From: Phaeosaccion multiseriatum | Lineage: Eukaryota > Protista > Ochrophyta, other classes | Direction: 5' to 3' | Assembly: GCA_965112735.1 (NCBI GenBank) | Contig: OZ218965.1 | Location: 1,860,001 to 1,924,000, forward strand | DNA length: 64,000 nucleotides | Shown here: in pieces, positions 24,295 through 38,200 of the stretch | How positions within the stretch are numbered: the stretch's first letter is position 1 | Layout: each line of letters opens with the position of its first letter | Translations under genes and position numbers: made by a program | Notes under the pieces: generated by a model | What the model was told of the DNA's origin: nothing | Databases searched by the model: none | What the model saw: the letters and a program-made list of their open reading frames with translations, nothing else

Positions 24295-25486
24295 CACACA
24301 CACCTGTGAGCATAGCGTTCGCCACATGCCTCAGCAGCACATCAACGTCGGGCAGCGCAGCTTCGTTGGGCTTGGCCAAAGGGTCCGCCAGAGGTGCCCT
24401 CCCAGGCCAATTGCCCCAGCCGCTACCCTTGCCCACGCCCCGCCCAGCGAAGCGAGTCACCGCCTGCGGTAGGTACAGATAGATAGAGAGGTACGTAAGT
24501 AGGTACAGATCGATAAGAGAGGTAGGTAGGAAGGTAGGTAGATACAGATAGATAGAGAGGTACGTAGGAAGGTAAGAAGGTAGGAAGGTAGGTAGGAAGG
24601 GTAGGTAGGTAGGTGGGTAGGAAGGTAGGTAGGTACAGATAGACAGAGAGGTGCGTAGGAAGGGTAGGAAGGTAGGTAGGTAGGTTGGTAGGTAGGAAGG
24701 TGGGAAGGTAGGAAGGTAGGTAGGTAGGAAGGAGGTTGGTCGGTAGGTGGGTAGGCAGGTTGGTAGAGAGGTAGGTAGGTGGGTGGGTAGGTAGAGAGGT
24801 AGGTAGGTAGCAGGCAGGTAGGCAGGTAGGTACGTAAGTAGGTAGGTATGGTAGTACACAGGAAGGTGGGTAGAGGTGGAGGGAAAGAGTGACTGAGTGA
24901 GAATCAGTGAATGAGTCTAACCCTAAGACTCCCCCCCCCCTCCGTCCGTCCCTCACCGAGGCATTGGAGATGAGTTTGTAAGCCGCCTGCTGTCGTGCCC
25001 ACTCCTCCCCAGGGTCGTTCTCCGGCAGGCACGGCTCCAAGCTACCCCTCCCATTGGGCAGTCGAGACTCGGAGAGAGGAGGTAGAGGAAGGTTCCAGGA
25101 CCCATCTTTGCCTCCGATTGTCGCCTTGGCGGCCGCTTGGGCAGAACTGCCGCTGGAGAAGCCGTTGCCGTACTGAATCAAGGGGGAGAGAGGCAGGGGG
25201 AGAAAATGGCAGTGGATGGAGAAGTTAGGAGGAGGCTACGACACGGCGATGAGTTTTGGGAAAGCTCGAGGACACACAGACGCAGGCAGCTTGGCCTCAG
25301 AAGCCAGCAGTGGATGGGAGGGGTGGGGGGGCAGGGATGGCAGTAGACGGGGTGTGGTCATGACCGGGTGGACTGGCTAATGCGCGCTTGTGTGCGGGGA
25401 TTGCGCGGATGTCCTGCATTGACCTGCGGGGGAATGTCCATCACTGGTGAGCGACGGAGGGAGGTGAGGGTGGGTGGAGGCATATG

Positions 25487-25521
<35 letters not shown>

Positions 25522-28500
25522 AGGGAGGGAGAGAGGGAGGGAAGGAAGGGGAGGGAGGGGGGAGGGAGGGAGGGAGGGAGGGAGGGAGGGAGGGATCAGT
25601 TTGGGTTGAGGGGAGGAGGGTGAAAGGGACACAGGGTACCAGTGTAGAGGGTAGAAAGCAGAGGGGAGGGGCATACGGAGACCTAAGCAGAGGGGAGAGG
25701 GAGACGAAGGCAGGTCTCCGTATGCCCCTCCCCTCCTCGTACCACCCACTTCACTCACCCAGTCACTCACTCACTCACTCACTCACTCAATCTCTCACTC
25801 ACTCACTCACCCACTCACCCACTCACCCACTCCCTCACTCCCTCACTCCCTCACTCCCTCACTCCCCTTCATCCACCCAACCACCCACTCACTCTCCCCC
25901 CCTTACCGTGCGTGTAAAAGTCCGACTTCGACGCCATATATGTGTCTCGCTGTTCGAGGGCCTCGAACCACCTGCTCATTGATCATCAAGTGTGTAAGAG
26001 AGGAAGTAATAAGTATGGCTTGCTTATGTTAACGGATGGGGGAGGGCTCGACTTGAAAGAAGTAATCGATCGCTGGCCAGAGTGAGACATGAGAGAGAGA
26101 GAGAGAGAGTGAACGAGAGAGTGAGAGAGATCAGCGAGAGAGAGAAACAAACCTGTTGATGGCGGGCCAGCGGGGGTTTCCCCTCAGCTTCATGCCCTTC
26201 CAATACGCCACACTCGCAGCCATACGTTCCAGGTGCGGCTGGGGATGGCAGTGGATGGGGGGGGGGAGAGAGAATTAGTAACAGGAGGGAAGGGGGGGAC
26301 GAAGCTTCGTCAGACGAGCCGTAGCCACAGAGAGAGAGAGGGCGAGAGACAGAGAGAGAGGGAGAGGGAGAGAAGGAGAGAGATCGAGAGGGAGGGGGAG
26401 AGAGAGGACAGGGATATAGGGAGAGATGGAGAGTTCAGAGTGGCATGACTTACCACGTAGGTCAGGTCAACAAGCCCAGGCCCGTCCTCCTCTCCGCAGC
26501 TCATGAACCAGGGACCAGGGGTAGCCTACATACATGTATACACAGAGAGGGGGGTAGGGGGGTTGGTGATACAGTAATACGCCAACCTGGGGCTGGAGTG
26601 AGGTGGGGGTGCTCTCTGTACCACATGTATCCACTTGGGGGCGGTGGGGGGGAGGGAATTCATTGCCATAATGCCATTCATTGACTTACTCGAATGGCCC
26701 TGTCCACCTCGTCTAGCGTCTCCTCAAAGCCCTTCTCTGCTTGCCCGCCAGAGGGGCTGCGCGGTACGCAGGGGTGGAAGAAGGGAGGGAAGGGGATGGA
26801 AGAAGGGAGTAAGTCAATGAACGCACCGCATCACATTACATCACTCACTCATTTCTTCTTTGAAGGGGAATACGAATGCGCTCCCCTCCCTCTCCTCTCC
26901 TCCCCTCACACCCCACCCCTTCCCTCTCTCACCGAAAGACCAAACCGCACCACCATCCGAAGAGTTCTCTCTCAAGCTTGAGCATTGAAGTCGCCATGTC
27001 GAACTCGCGTGTGCCTCTGTTAGGCATGATGGGCGTGAGTGTGTGGGAAGGGAGGAGGGGAGGGAGGAGGGGAGGGAGGAGGGAGGGAGGAGGGGAGGGA
27101 GGGAGGGCGACGGGGAGAGGGGGAGGGAGGGGGTTGAGGGTGGTCCACATGTTCAGACGACAGAACAGACGGAGGAGGAGGGGGGTGGTGTCAGGCTTCA
27201 CGGCCCTACGATACGGCGAGAGAGAGAGAGTAGGCTTGAAATAGCGTGGCGCCCCACGCTCCAAGTCGAAAAGGCCAAACCCTTGGTCTTGGGGGGTGTC
27301 GTTCTCTTGCCCTCTTTGTCTCTGCTCAGCGCACCCACCTGTCTGGCATCATCGCTTTGTGCTCGGGGAAGGCCTCTTCCAGTGTCTAGAGAGAGATGGA
27401 GGAGGGGAGAGAGAGAGGGGGGGAGAGAGAGGAGGAGGGAGAGAGGAGGAAGGAGAGAGAGAGAGTGAGAGAGATGGGAAGGAAGAGCCAGGAAGAGAGG
27501 GAGAGAGGAAGGGGAGAGGAAGAGAGACATAGAGCCATCAGGACTGCATCGAGAGACAGTCAATGTAACGCCTCCACCCCGATCCCTTGTATCACTTCTC
27601 ATACCTTCATGATGACGAGGCTCTCTGTGATGTAACGCTCGTCCAACTTCAGCACGGGGAGCAGTCCCGATGGCACCTGACGGAGCGCAGAGCACAGGCG
27701 GAGAGGGAGGCACGAGAACATTGCATTTGTTTATCAGAGGGACGGACGAGAGTTGAATGGGGGGAGGGGAGGAGGGGTGGGTCTATCGAGGAGGAGGAGG
27801 AGGAGAAGAAGAAGAGAAGAAGAAGAAGAAGAAGAAGAAGAAGAAGAAGAAGAAGAAGAAGAAGAAGAAGAAGAAGAAGAAGAAGAAGAAGAACAAAAAC
27901 AACAATTACAACAAGAAGATTTACCTCACCTTCTGCAAGAACCAGTTTGGCTTCTCGCCGTAACTTCGCATGTTGATCTTCTCAATCTTGTAAGGGATCT
28001 TCTTCTCTGCAGACGACGGTGAGGGTGAGGGTGAGGGTGAGCATCAGCGTGAGGGTGAGGCCGAGCAAGCCGCATAGGGTGGCTGGTGCGTCAGTCGGGG
28101 GCGCTGACTGCTTGCTGCTTCCTTCGAACTATGACAAGGGGGAGAAGAGACACGCTGTGGGGAAAGGCGAGGGGACGAAGGAAGGACGGCGGAGCACAGG
28201 GGAGAATGGGCTCCTTCCGTCCACGCTGAGGGAGTCACAAATGTCGATATCCATCACAACAGAGGGCTGGGTTGGAAGGGGGAGGAAGACGGACATTCTA
28301 AGGAGGAGCTGTGACTTTGGCCGAAGAGACGACGAAGCCGAAGGACCAAATTTGCAGCCCTGTGTGAGGGAGTGATTCACCGAGTGTTTGACTGCCTGTC
28401 TACCTCCCTGTCTGCCTGCCTGCCTGTCTGTCTGCCTGTCTGTCTGCCTGTCTGCCTACCCGCCTGTCTGCCCTGCCCTGCCCTGCCTGCCATACCCTGC

Positions 28501-29632
28501 CCTGCCTGCCATACCCTGCCCTGCCCTGCCTGTGTAGCTGTGCGGCTGTGTGGCTGTGTGGCTGTGTGGCTGTGTGGCTCACGGAGACACCGACTCACCC
28601 TCTAATGTCATCCACACCTTCTGGCAGTACGGGCACCACGCTGCGTGAAGGGAGGGGCGGGGGGTGCAAGTGACAAAGGGGGGGGGGGGGGGGGGGGCAA
28701 TATAGTTGGTACCTTACTCTTCACTCTTCGGTGGTGAAGACTGGTCTGCGATCAGTCTCGAAAGGACGGGCGCGTCGACAGATCAAGTGAGTGCTGCCAC
28801 TCGAACCCCGCATTGCTTTGTATCGCGTGTTCGGTCCACGTTTCCCCCTCTAGTCAGTCAGGCAGTCAGTCAGATAGTCAGTCAGTCAGTCAGTCAATCA
28901 GTCAGTCAGTGATCAGTCAGTCAGTCAGTCAGTCAGTCAGTCAGTCAGTACTTGGTGTCAGTCAAGCCTCGCTGCCTTACCTGCTGTGTCTCTGCGCGTG
29001 TTGACAAGCCAAGTGGGGCAGTGGGGCAGTGGGGCAGTGGGCAGTGGCCAAGGAGAGGGAATATACACCCAGAGGAAAGGGCACGAGGAGGGGCAGGGTC
29101 AGGGGGGTGCGCATTAGGATGATGCCCTCTAAGAAGTGCGCAAATAGATCATAAGTTGACCAGCACCAGAGGCATTGGGGTGTCTGCACCTGAATAGGGT
29201 GACTCGGGGCTCCTCCGTGGTGCCAAAGAGGCGCACCTTGGTGTCCGTGTGGGCCGGCCCTGTTCCTGCCTGCGAATGGGCCTTCAGACCTGCCTCATAC
29301 CTTCCCGCCTCTGTGGCGCTGACTTGCTCCATCAGCTCCTCCCAGGATGGAGGCGCCCCCTCTCCAGCTGCACCTCCTCCACCGCCACTGAACACAGGAG
29401 TCCACTCCCCCCCTGCCCCCCCTGTAGCTGCCGCTGCCCCCCCTCCTCCTCCTGACATAACTCCAGACGCCATTTTACCAATATCGTTCAACAGGTTCAT
29501 GCTCCAATTCTTCCCTCGCAGGCTGGCAGAGGGCTGCTGGGCAAAGCGAACCTTGAGGGAAGGGGAGAAAGCGCTCGTGGTTGCAGTGAAAGAAGCAGCA
29601 GCCAATAGCAAGATCCTCACCCTTGACTCCAT
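23675..29632 (-). CDS. Plastid-targeted glutathione S-transferase family protein (CPYC active site), multi-exon
   Basis: MESRVRILLLAAASFTATTSAF-SP bipartite presequence; exons read VTLFR, HAAWCPYCQKVWMTLE, EKKIPYKIEKINMRSYGEKP, VPSGLLPVLKLD...TESLVIM, LVDLTYV, HLERMAASVAYWKG, KSDFYTH-VMDIPPQ-YG, YLRDRVGVPRDM...AARQFRAHLNW; stop at 23677-23675. Confidence 0.92.
24468..24850. repeat. Degenerate (GGTA)n intronic microsatellite
   Basis: Direct reading. Confidence 0.9.
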
Positions 29633-29897
29633 CCTTTGTTTTGGAGAGAGCCAGGATTTATAAAGGACAAGCTGACGAGGCACGATGTAGTACGCAGCTG
29701 TGACTTTTGGAGCACCAACACTCTATGTTGGCTGTTGATTCGCTAGACGGTGAGGATGCAAGCACCAGCTCACCCTCCTGCTGCATTGCTTGTAGGAGAG
29801 TAGCAGCAGGAGCTGGTGCTCGCACTGCTGCTGGCCAACCAGCAAGCACGCAGCAGTACCACATTTTTCTTCAGCACCACTTTTTTGTTGTTCAGCC

Positions 29898-32265
29898 ATG
29901 TCGTCCGTCTATGTACTGTCTGTGTTGACTCTCCTTCTGCTCGCTCTTGGCGGAGCCACGTCGGAGGAGAAAGTGATTCAGCTGGAGTTCGATTCAGGGG
30001 AGATCGTGTACGCGTCAGAGCGCGACATACCGGCGTACTCGGCCTTCAACGAGGGAGTGCACGCTTCTGGCCAGGGCGACGCAGTGCTGGCCATGGCACA
30101 CTACTGGCGGGCCCTGGAGCTGCAGCCGGCACTTCATGACGCCGCCATCAACCTCGGCGTCCTTCTTGACCGCGCCGACAGAGACGAGGACGCCAAGGCC
30201 CTGTTTGAGGTGCGAGGCGGAATCAAAAAGGCGTCCCTCTTTGCGCCCCTGACATCTCTTTGCTGTATTACTTGCATTCCCCCCCCTTGTGTCTGGTCAA
30301 TGAACTGAACCCTCCCTCATGTGACCGCTGCCGCTGCTTCTTCTCTGGCTCATTCCGTGCTGCTCTTTCCCCATTGCTCTTTTGCCTTTCTTCTCCCTCC
30401 TCTCTGACCCCATTTCCTCCTTCTCCTTTGCGGTAATTGCATTTGCAGGGTGTGTACTCCTCAGACACGGCGACGGGTGAGGCTAAGGCGAAGGCGTGCA
30501 ACAACCTCGGCAAGATGCTCAACGACGCGGCAGGGGGGGTGGACATTGGCCTTCTCAACGAGGCTATTGCCTGGTTTGAAAGGTCCGTGGGAGGGGAGGG
30601 TGGAGGGGGAAGGGGAGGGGACTGACTGGAGAGAGAGAGAGGGAGAGAGAGAGGAGAGAGAGAGGAGAGAGGTAGATAGAGAGAGGGAGGGAGAGAGTAA
30701 AGGGGATACGGTAGAGCTTTCCCTAACGCCTACGCAACGTCCATGACATATCCTCCTCCTGCTGCTTCTTCCTCGGTGCGCTCCCCTTGGCACTGCAACA
30801 GGGGCTTTGAGCAAGACCCGGGCGACATCTCCCTCCTGTACAACGCCGCCCTCGCCCAGACACACCTAGAGGACCCTTATCCCGCCCGGACCAACTTGCT
30901 GAGAGTGTTAGAGAAGGACCCGGGTAACGACGGAGCGCTGTTCAGCTTGGGCAATCTCCACTTCCAGCAGTTCGAGTGGGAGGAGGCGTGGAGGGCCTAC
31001 CAGGGGGTGCTGCAGCTGCCCGAGGCCACCAAGAGACATCTCGTGCTCTCCACCTTTATGAGCGGACAGGTATGGAGCCGACTGGAGCGGGAGGAGGGGA
31101 GGGAGGAGAGAGAGGGAGGGAGGAGAGAGAGGGAAGGAAGGGAGAAGGGGGTGGGTCAGGTAGGCCGTGGATATTCGACTGCTTTGTTGATGCTCCTCCT
31201 CCTCCTCCTCCTCCTCCTCCTCCTCCTCCTCCTCCTCCTCCTCCTCCTCCTCCTCCTCCTCCTCCTCCTCCTCCTCCTCCTCCTCCGCCAAGGTCCTGCG
31301 CTATGGCTACAATAACTTTGAGAGAGCGATGGGCTTCTACATGGCGTCGTACGAACTCGACAATACTTACCTCCTGGGGATGGAGATGGCCATGGAGGTG
31401 AGGAAGTTGGTGATACAGAGGGAAGGAGGGAGGGGGGGAGTAAGGCCTGAATAACTTTGTGAATGTGTGTATCTAAACGTGTGCCTACCTGGATCGTATG
31501 TGTGCGTGTGCGTGTGTTTGCGTGCGTGTGCGTGCGTGTCCCGTGTGTGCACAGACGGGCCGGTCCATTGCGGAGTGGGGCAAGTACGCAGAGACCGAGG
31601 CCTCTATGGGCAGTCACATGGGCAAGCTGCTGGGGCAGGGCACAGACGGCCTCGGGAGGAAGGTCAGTCATTTCATGGTCATGGTCAGGCATATGGGCAG
31701 AGAGGAGGCACAATCATACGGGTAGGGAGGAAGGGCAGGGAACAGGCATATGGGGCAGCAGAGGCAAGGGCAGGGGAGGAAGACTCTTGACGCGAATGCA
31801 CCAGACCTTCCTTCAAGTAAGGGCTTGCTTGGTTCCCTTGACTTACTTGCTCACCTCCCTCTCCCCACCCTTCCTGGCGTTCTCCCTCCCGTCCCCTCCC
31901 CCCTCCCCTTCACCCTCCCTCCAGAAGCCGCCGCCCCCTGCCTCTGACATGGGCATACTCCCCTATGAAACACTGCTCTCCGCAGAGTTCTCCACCCCTT
32001 TGCGAGCAGCACTGGCCAGCGTCACCTCCCTCGCCATGGACGGTGTAGAGAGGCTTCCTCCACATCCTGACTTACCACCCTCCCACACGTTGTCGAGGGC
32101 TTGGGTCAAAGAGGTGTCCATTCGCTTTGATGCGTTGGAGAGGGAGGGCGAAGGGGGGGAAGGGAGGGAGGACGGAGGCCATGCTCGGAGTTGCTATTCA
32201 TTCCGCAGTAACAGCAACCGCAACGGCAGAATCATCGGCAGCAGCAGGGGTGACGATGATGATAA

Positions 32266-32299
<34 letters not shown>

Positions 32300-35243
32300 G
32301 GTGGTGATGCTCATGCTGATGGAGGTTTTGATCTCCATCCCGACGCTCCTCCTCGGCGCTCGGGGACGGGGTTGGGGGGTGCCCTGGGACCCAACCTTGA
32401 CCAGGCCCACATGGACATTGTGATGAGTGTGATGAAGCGCCGCTTAGATCAGGGCCTCCCGCTACCCCCACCCCTTCGTGTGGTGTACTGGTCCTATGAT
32501 ATTCGAGGGCACCCAATGGGCTTCCTCACCAAGGGGCTACTGTGTGGACATGGGGACGGCAGCTCCGATCGAGTGCTCTCTTTGGTGGCTGCGTATGGGG
32601 AGGCGGGGGAGAGGGAGGAGAGGGAGAGGAAGGAGAGGGAGAGGAAGGCAGCGGTGGGGCTGGGGGCGACAGGGGGGGTAGGGAATGAGGGGGCGTCTCC
32701 TTCCGTGAGGGAGAGCGTGCGTGCGTGCGTGGGCACCGGGGCGTTCCTGGACTTGGGGGGCCTGGCACCCCAAGAGTCGGCAGCAGCGGTGTACGGGGCG
32801 AGGCCTCACATATTTGTGGACCTCATGGGACACACCACGCATTCCAAGTGAGTCCAGGGCAGAGAGAGGGCTAGGTGTCAGGTGTCAGGTGTCAGGTGTC
32901 AGGTTTCAGGTATCAGGTATCAGGTGTCAGGTATCGGGTGTCAGGTATCAGGTGTCAGGTGTGAGGTGTGAGGTGTGAGGTGTGAGGTGTCAGGTATCAG
33001 GTGTCAGGTGTCAGGTGTCAGGTGTCAGGTGTCAGGTATCAGGTGTGCGGTGTCAGGTATCAGGTGTGAGGTGTCAGGTATCAGGTGTCAGGTGGCAGGT
33101 GTCAGGTGTCAGGTGTCAGGTGTCAGGTGTCAGGTATCAGGTGTCAGGTGTCAGCTATCAGGTGTCAGGTGTCAGGTATCAGGTGTGAGGTGTCAGGTAT
33201 CAGGTGTCAGGTGGCAGGTGTCAGGTATCAGGTGTGAGGTGTCAGGTATCAGGTGTCAGGTATCAGGTGTCAGGTATCAGGTGTCAGGTATCAGGTGTGA
33301 GGTGTCAGGTGTCAGGTGGCAGGTGTCAGGTGTCAGGTGTCAGGTGTCAGGTATCAGGTGTCAGGTGTCAGGTATCAGGTGTCAGGTGTCAGGTATCAGG
33401 TGTGAGGTGTCAGGTATCAGGTGTCAGGTGGCAGGTGTCAGGTATCAGGTGTGAGGTGTCAGGTATCAGGTGTCAGGTATCAGGTGTCAGGTATCAGGTG
33501 TCAGGTGTCAGGTATCAGGTGTCAGGTGTCAGGTATCAGGTGTCAGGTGTCAGGTGTCAGGTGTCAGGTATCAGGTGTCAGGTGTCAGGTGTCAGGTGTC
33601 AGGTATCAGGTGTCAGGTATCAGGTGTGAGGTGTCAGGTATCAGGTGTCAGGTATCAGGTGTGAGGTGTCAGGTATCAGGTGTCAGGTATCAGGTGTCAG
33701 GTATCAGGTGTCAGGTGTCAGGTGTCAGGTTGAGTTGTGAGGTGTCAGGTGTCAGGTGTGAGGTGTGAGGTGTCAGGTGTGAGGTGTGAGGTGTCAGGTA
33801 TCAGGTGTCAGGTATCAGGTATCAGGTATCAGGTATCAGGTGTCAGGTATCAGGTGTCAGGTGTCAGGTGTCAGGTGTCAGGTATCAGGTGTGAGGTGTC
33901 AGGTATCAGGTGTCAGGTATCAGGTGTCAGGTGTCAGGTGTCAGGTATCAGGTGTGAGGTGTCAGGTATCAGGTGTCAGGTATCAGGTGTCAGGTGTCAG
34001 GTGTCAGGTATCAGGTGTCAGGTGTCAGGTGTCAGGTATCAGGTGTGAGGTGTCAGGTGTCAAGTGTCAGGTATCAGGTGTGAGGTGTCAGGTATCAGGT
34101 GTCAGGCATCAGGTGTCAGGTATCAGGTGTGAGGTGTCAGGTATCAGGTGTCAGGTATCAGGTGTCAGGTATCAGGTGTGAGGTGTCAGGTATCAGGTGT
34201 CAGGTATCAGGTGTCAGGTATCAGGTGTCAGGTGTCAGGTGTCAGGTTGAGTTGTGAGGTGTGAGGTGTCAGGTGTGAGGTGTCAGGTGTCAGGTGTGAG
34301 GTGTGAGGTGTCAGGTATCAGGTGTCAGGTATCAGGTATCAGGTATCAGGTGTCAGGTATCAGGTGTCAGGTGTCAGGTATCAGGTGTCAGGTGTCAGGT
34401 GTCAGGTATCAGGTATCAGGTGTCAGGTATCAGGTGTCAGGTGTCAGGTGTCAGGTATCAGGTGTCAGGTGTGAGGTGTGAGGTGTGAGGTGTCAGGTGT
34501 CAGGTGTCAGGTGTCAGGTATCAGGTATCAGGTATCAGGTGTCAGGTGTCAGGTGTCAGGTATCAGGTGTCAGGTGTCAGGTATCAGGTGTCAGGTATCA
34601 GGTGTCAGATGTTCTCTCCTCTCATCCCCTCCCCTCTCGTCCCCCCCTCGCCCTCCCCTCCCTCTCCTGTGCTCTCATATGGAACAGGCCTGCAGTGGTC
34701 GCCATGCACACAGCCCCTATAGTGGTGAACTACTTGGGCTACCCAGGAACCATGGGGGGTAGCTTCGTTGACTACGCCGTCGTCGACAGGTGTGACTTCA
34801 AGCCACACACACATACACACACACGCACGCACGTGTCCACACACACACACTCACGAACTCACGCGCTCTGACTGCTGTCCGATGTCCCGACGTCCCGATG
34901 TCCCGATGTCCCGATGTCCGTTCAGAGTGTCTGCCCCCCCGGAGCTGGCCTCCTTGGGCTTCACGGAGAAGCTCGTGTACTTGCCGCACACGTATCAAGC
35001 CAACGATTACCCCCTCCACAGCGCCATGTGCGGGGGGCGCAGTCGGTCAGTGGAGAGAGGGCAGTGACGTTCAGTTACAGTTACATCTACAGTTACATTT
35101 TCTGTCGTTAGCAATCGGTCAGTGGAGAGGGTTCAGGAGGAGGAGGAGACGTAGGCAGTAGGAAAGGGGTGAAGATCTGAAAGGTAGGGACTAGAAACTT
35201 CCCGTCTTACCGAAAGACACGTTCTCTTCTTCTTCTTCTCCTC

Positions 35244-35278
<35 letters not shown>

Positions 35279-38200
35279 CCCCCGTATTACACGCAGCGTA
35301 CTGTCCTCTGGGTCCCTTCTTGATGCCCATCTGGAAGCATACGAGCGCTTTGATGTGAGTGGTGCTCTGTCCAAGGCGTGGGGCGAGCGATACTCATCCC
35401 AGGGGGGCGGCAACAGTGACGTCAGTAGTAACGGCAGGGATAACGGCCGGGGCCACCCCCACCCCATCGTGTGCAACTTCAACAACATCGAGAAGCTCGA
35501 GCCCAACGCCTTCACCTCCTTCCTAAACGTCCTAGACAGGTGTGTGTGCGTGTGTGTGTGTATGTACGTGTGTGCGAGTGCGGCGTGGGTGCGCATGTGG
35601 GGCAGCCTGTGCTTGTTGTGGCCGCACTCCCTCCCTACTCACCCTCGCCTCGTCATTTCATTGGTAGTGTTTCACCAACAACTAACTGCCTATGTCCACA
35701 TCCCCTGATACATCACCCACTGCTGCTGTTCATCAACTGTATCACCAACTGTATCATCAACTGTATCACCAACTGTATCACCAACTGTATCACCAACTGT
35801 ATCACCAACTGTATTACCAACTGCATATCACCAACTGCTCCTCTCTCCCCTCAGGGTGCCCGGCAGCATGCTCCTTCTGTTTGAATCCCGTGGAGGGGAG
35901 GCCCTACGACAACGTCTCGAGGGCGAGACGAAGGCACGCGGCATACACCCCAGCAGGGTCAGCCTCGCGCCCAAGTGGCCCAAGGACGTACATCTAGAGG
36001 TACGGCTGGAACTCAAACTGAGCGCTGGAAGCTGGAACTCAAACTGAGCGCTGGAAGCTGGAGCTCAAGCTTACAACCAGCAACTCAAACTCTTCCTCTC
36101 TGCCGCTCTGCCCTATCCACTCCACGTACTCGCTCTACCTTCTCCACCTGTCTACCCTCCCTCCCTCTCTCCTCCCTACTCTCTCCTCTCTCCTCTCTCG
36201 TCTCTCCTCTGTCACCTCTCTGCCCTCTCTTCCACTGCCTCCCCCCCCCCCTCCCCCTACTCCTTGCCGGCTACACGCACGCCACATACCCCCTATACCT
36301 GCCTATGTCCCTCCCACCCTCCCCCCAACCCTTCTCAGCGAGTGAGTTGCGTGTGCGACATCTTCCTAGACACGTTTGTGTATGGGGCGCACACCACGGG
36401 GGCAGACGCGCTGTGGGGAGGGGTTCCTCTACTCGTGCTGCAGGGCTTCGGTAAAGGTACGCTAGCTAGGAAAGGGGTGGGGTAAGAAGGGGGTGGGGGA
36501 GAGGATGGGCGAGAGGAAAGTTAAAAGACACTGGAGCACCGGCCCCCATGCCTTGGCCCGTTCGGTGCACGAGTGTTGGTGATTCTTTCACAGATGGAGG
36601 CGGACCTCACGTTCCTGCTCCTGCTGGAGTCAGTCTCGCGATGTTGTCGCCTGCCATCCACTGCCATCACCCACACTCCCCTGCCATACCCCTACCACCC
36701 CCTACCCATCCACTGCCATCCCCTGACCCTAACCTTCTGACCACCCCCCTACCATCTGCTGCCATCCACCCCGTAGACGTGCTCCCCACAGGCTCCATGC
36801 CTGGCCGAGTTGGGTCCTCCCTCCTTGGTGCACTTGGGCTTGAGGACACGGCCTCGAGTAGCGTTCAAGAGCTCGAAAATATGGCGGTGCGACTCCTCAA
36901 CTCAGGAGGGCTGCTAGAAGGGCTCAGGGCGGAGGTGAGGGGGCGGTTACAGAATGGTAGGGGGTGGATCGAGGTGGTTACAGGGCGGTTACAGCGTGAG
37001 GAGGGGATGGCAGGGGATGACAGGGGATGGCAGGGGATGGCAGGGGATGGCAGGGGATGGAAGGGGATGGAAGGGGATGGCAGGGGATGGAAGGGGATGG
37101 CAGGGGAGGGCAGAGGATGGCGGGGGATGGCAGGGGATGGCAGGGGAGGGCAGGGGAGGGCAGGGGATGGATAGGGGGTGCCTAGAGGGTAGTGACAGGG
37201 CGGAGTGAGGGGAAGGAAGGGGGTGGGCGAAGAGAGCTCAGTGCAATGTCCCTCACGCTACGCTCACACTACGGCCCCATACCTTACGCGGGCCTGTCGG
37301 TCTCTTCTCGCCCCTTCTCGCCCTTCTCCTTGTCGCCTTTTATTGGTCCATTCTTGTGCCTCCTAACGCTCAACAAAACCGACCCCCTCCGTGCCTGCTG
37401 GCCTACCCATATACCTGCCCATATACCTGCCCATATGCCTGCCCATATGCCTGCCCCGGGTCTCTTGCTCCTGCTCCTCCCCCTGTGCGCGGTGCATGCA
37501 GATCCTTTCCCGGGCGGCAAGCCGGCCCCTGTTCGACACCGGCCTCATAACCCGCAACCTGGAGGCTGCCTATCAGGTAAGTGTGTGTGCGTGCGTGTGT
37601 GCGTGCGTGAGTGCGTGCGTGAGTGGGTGCGTGCGTACGTGCCACGATTTCCCAGCCCCCTCGGCTGCTTCGCTTTTTCGCTTGCCTGCTTGCTTCGCTT
37701 GCTTGGTTCGCTTGCATGTTTAGTTCGCTTGCTTTTTTGGCTTGCTTACTTCGCCTGTTGTCCTCTGCTGCTGGCGATGGAGCGATGGATGTGCTGCCAA
37801 CGGGACTGATTGCTTGTGCGCGCGTGTCTGCTCTCCCTTGCTCTGCTCTGCTCTGCTCTGGTCTGGTCTGTATCACCAACTGCTCTGCTTTCCCTTCAGA
37901 TGATGTGGGAAGCCTACGACGCGACCGGAGCGGGTGGAAACGTGCCCCCCGGGAAGCCCCCCCCTGGGAAGATCCCCCGGGCGGTAGGGGCAGCCGGCGC
38001 CGGCCACCTCATTGTCCGCCCCACGCAGAGTCCCATTGTGAACGAGCTTGCCAGCCACGGCCGCTTGGTGCAGGCAGGGGTTGAGGCTGTCACGGAGGCC
38101 GACATCAAGTGCAAAGCTTTCGATGCGGCAGTGGCAGCAGCAGCAGCAGCAGAGGAGGAGGAGGGTGGTAAGGGGCGTGGGGCGGGAGGGCGAGGCGGCG

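Noticed and set aside
32975-34762. ORFs reading RCQVSGV repeats
   Set aside because: Translation artefacts of the 7-bp satellite inside an intron whose flanking exons join GT41 motifs.
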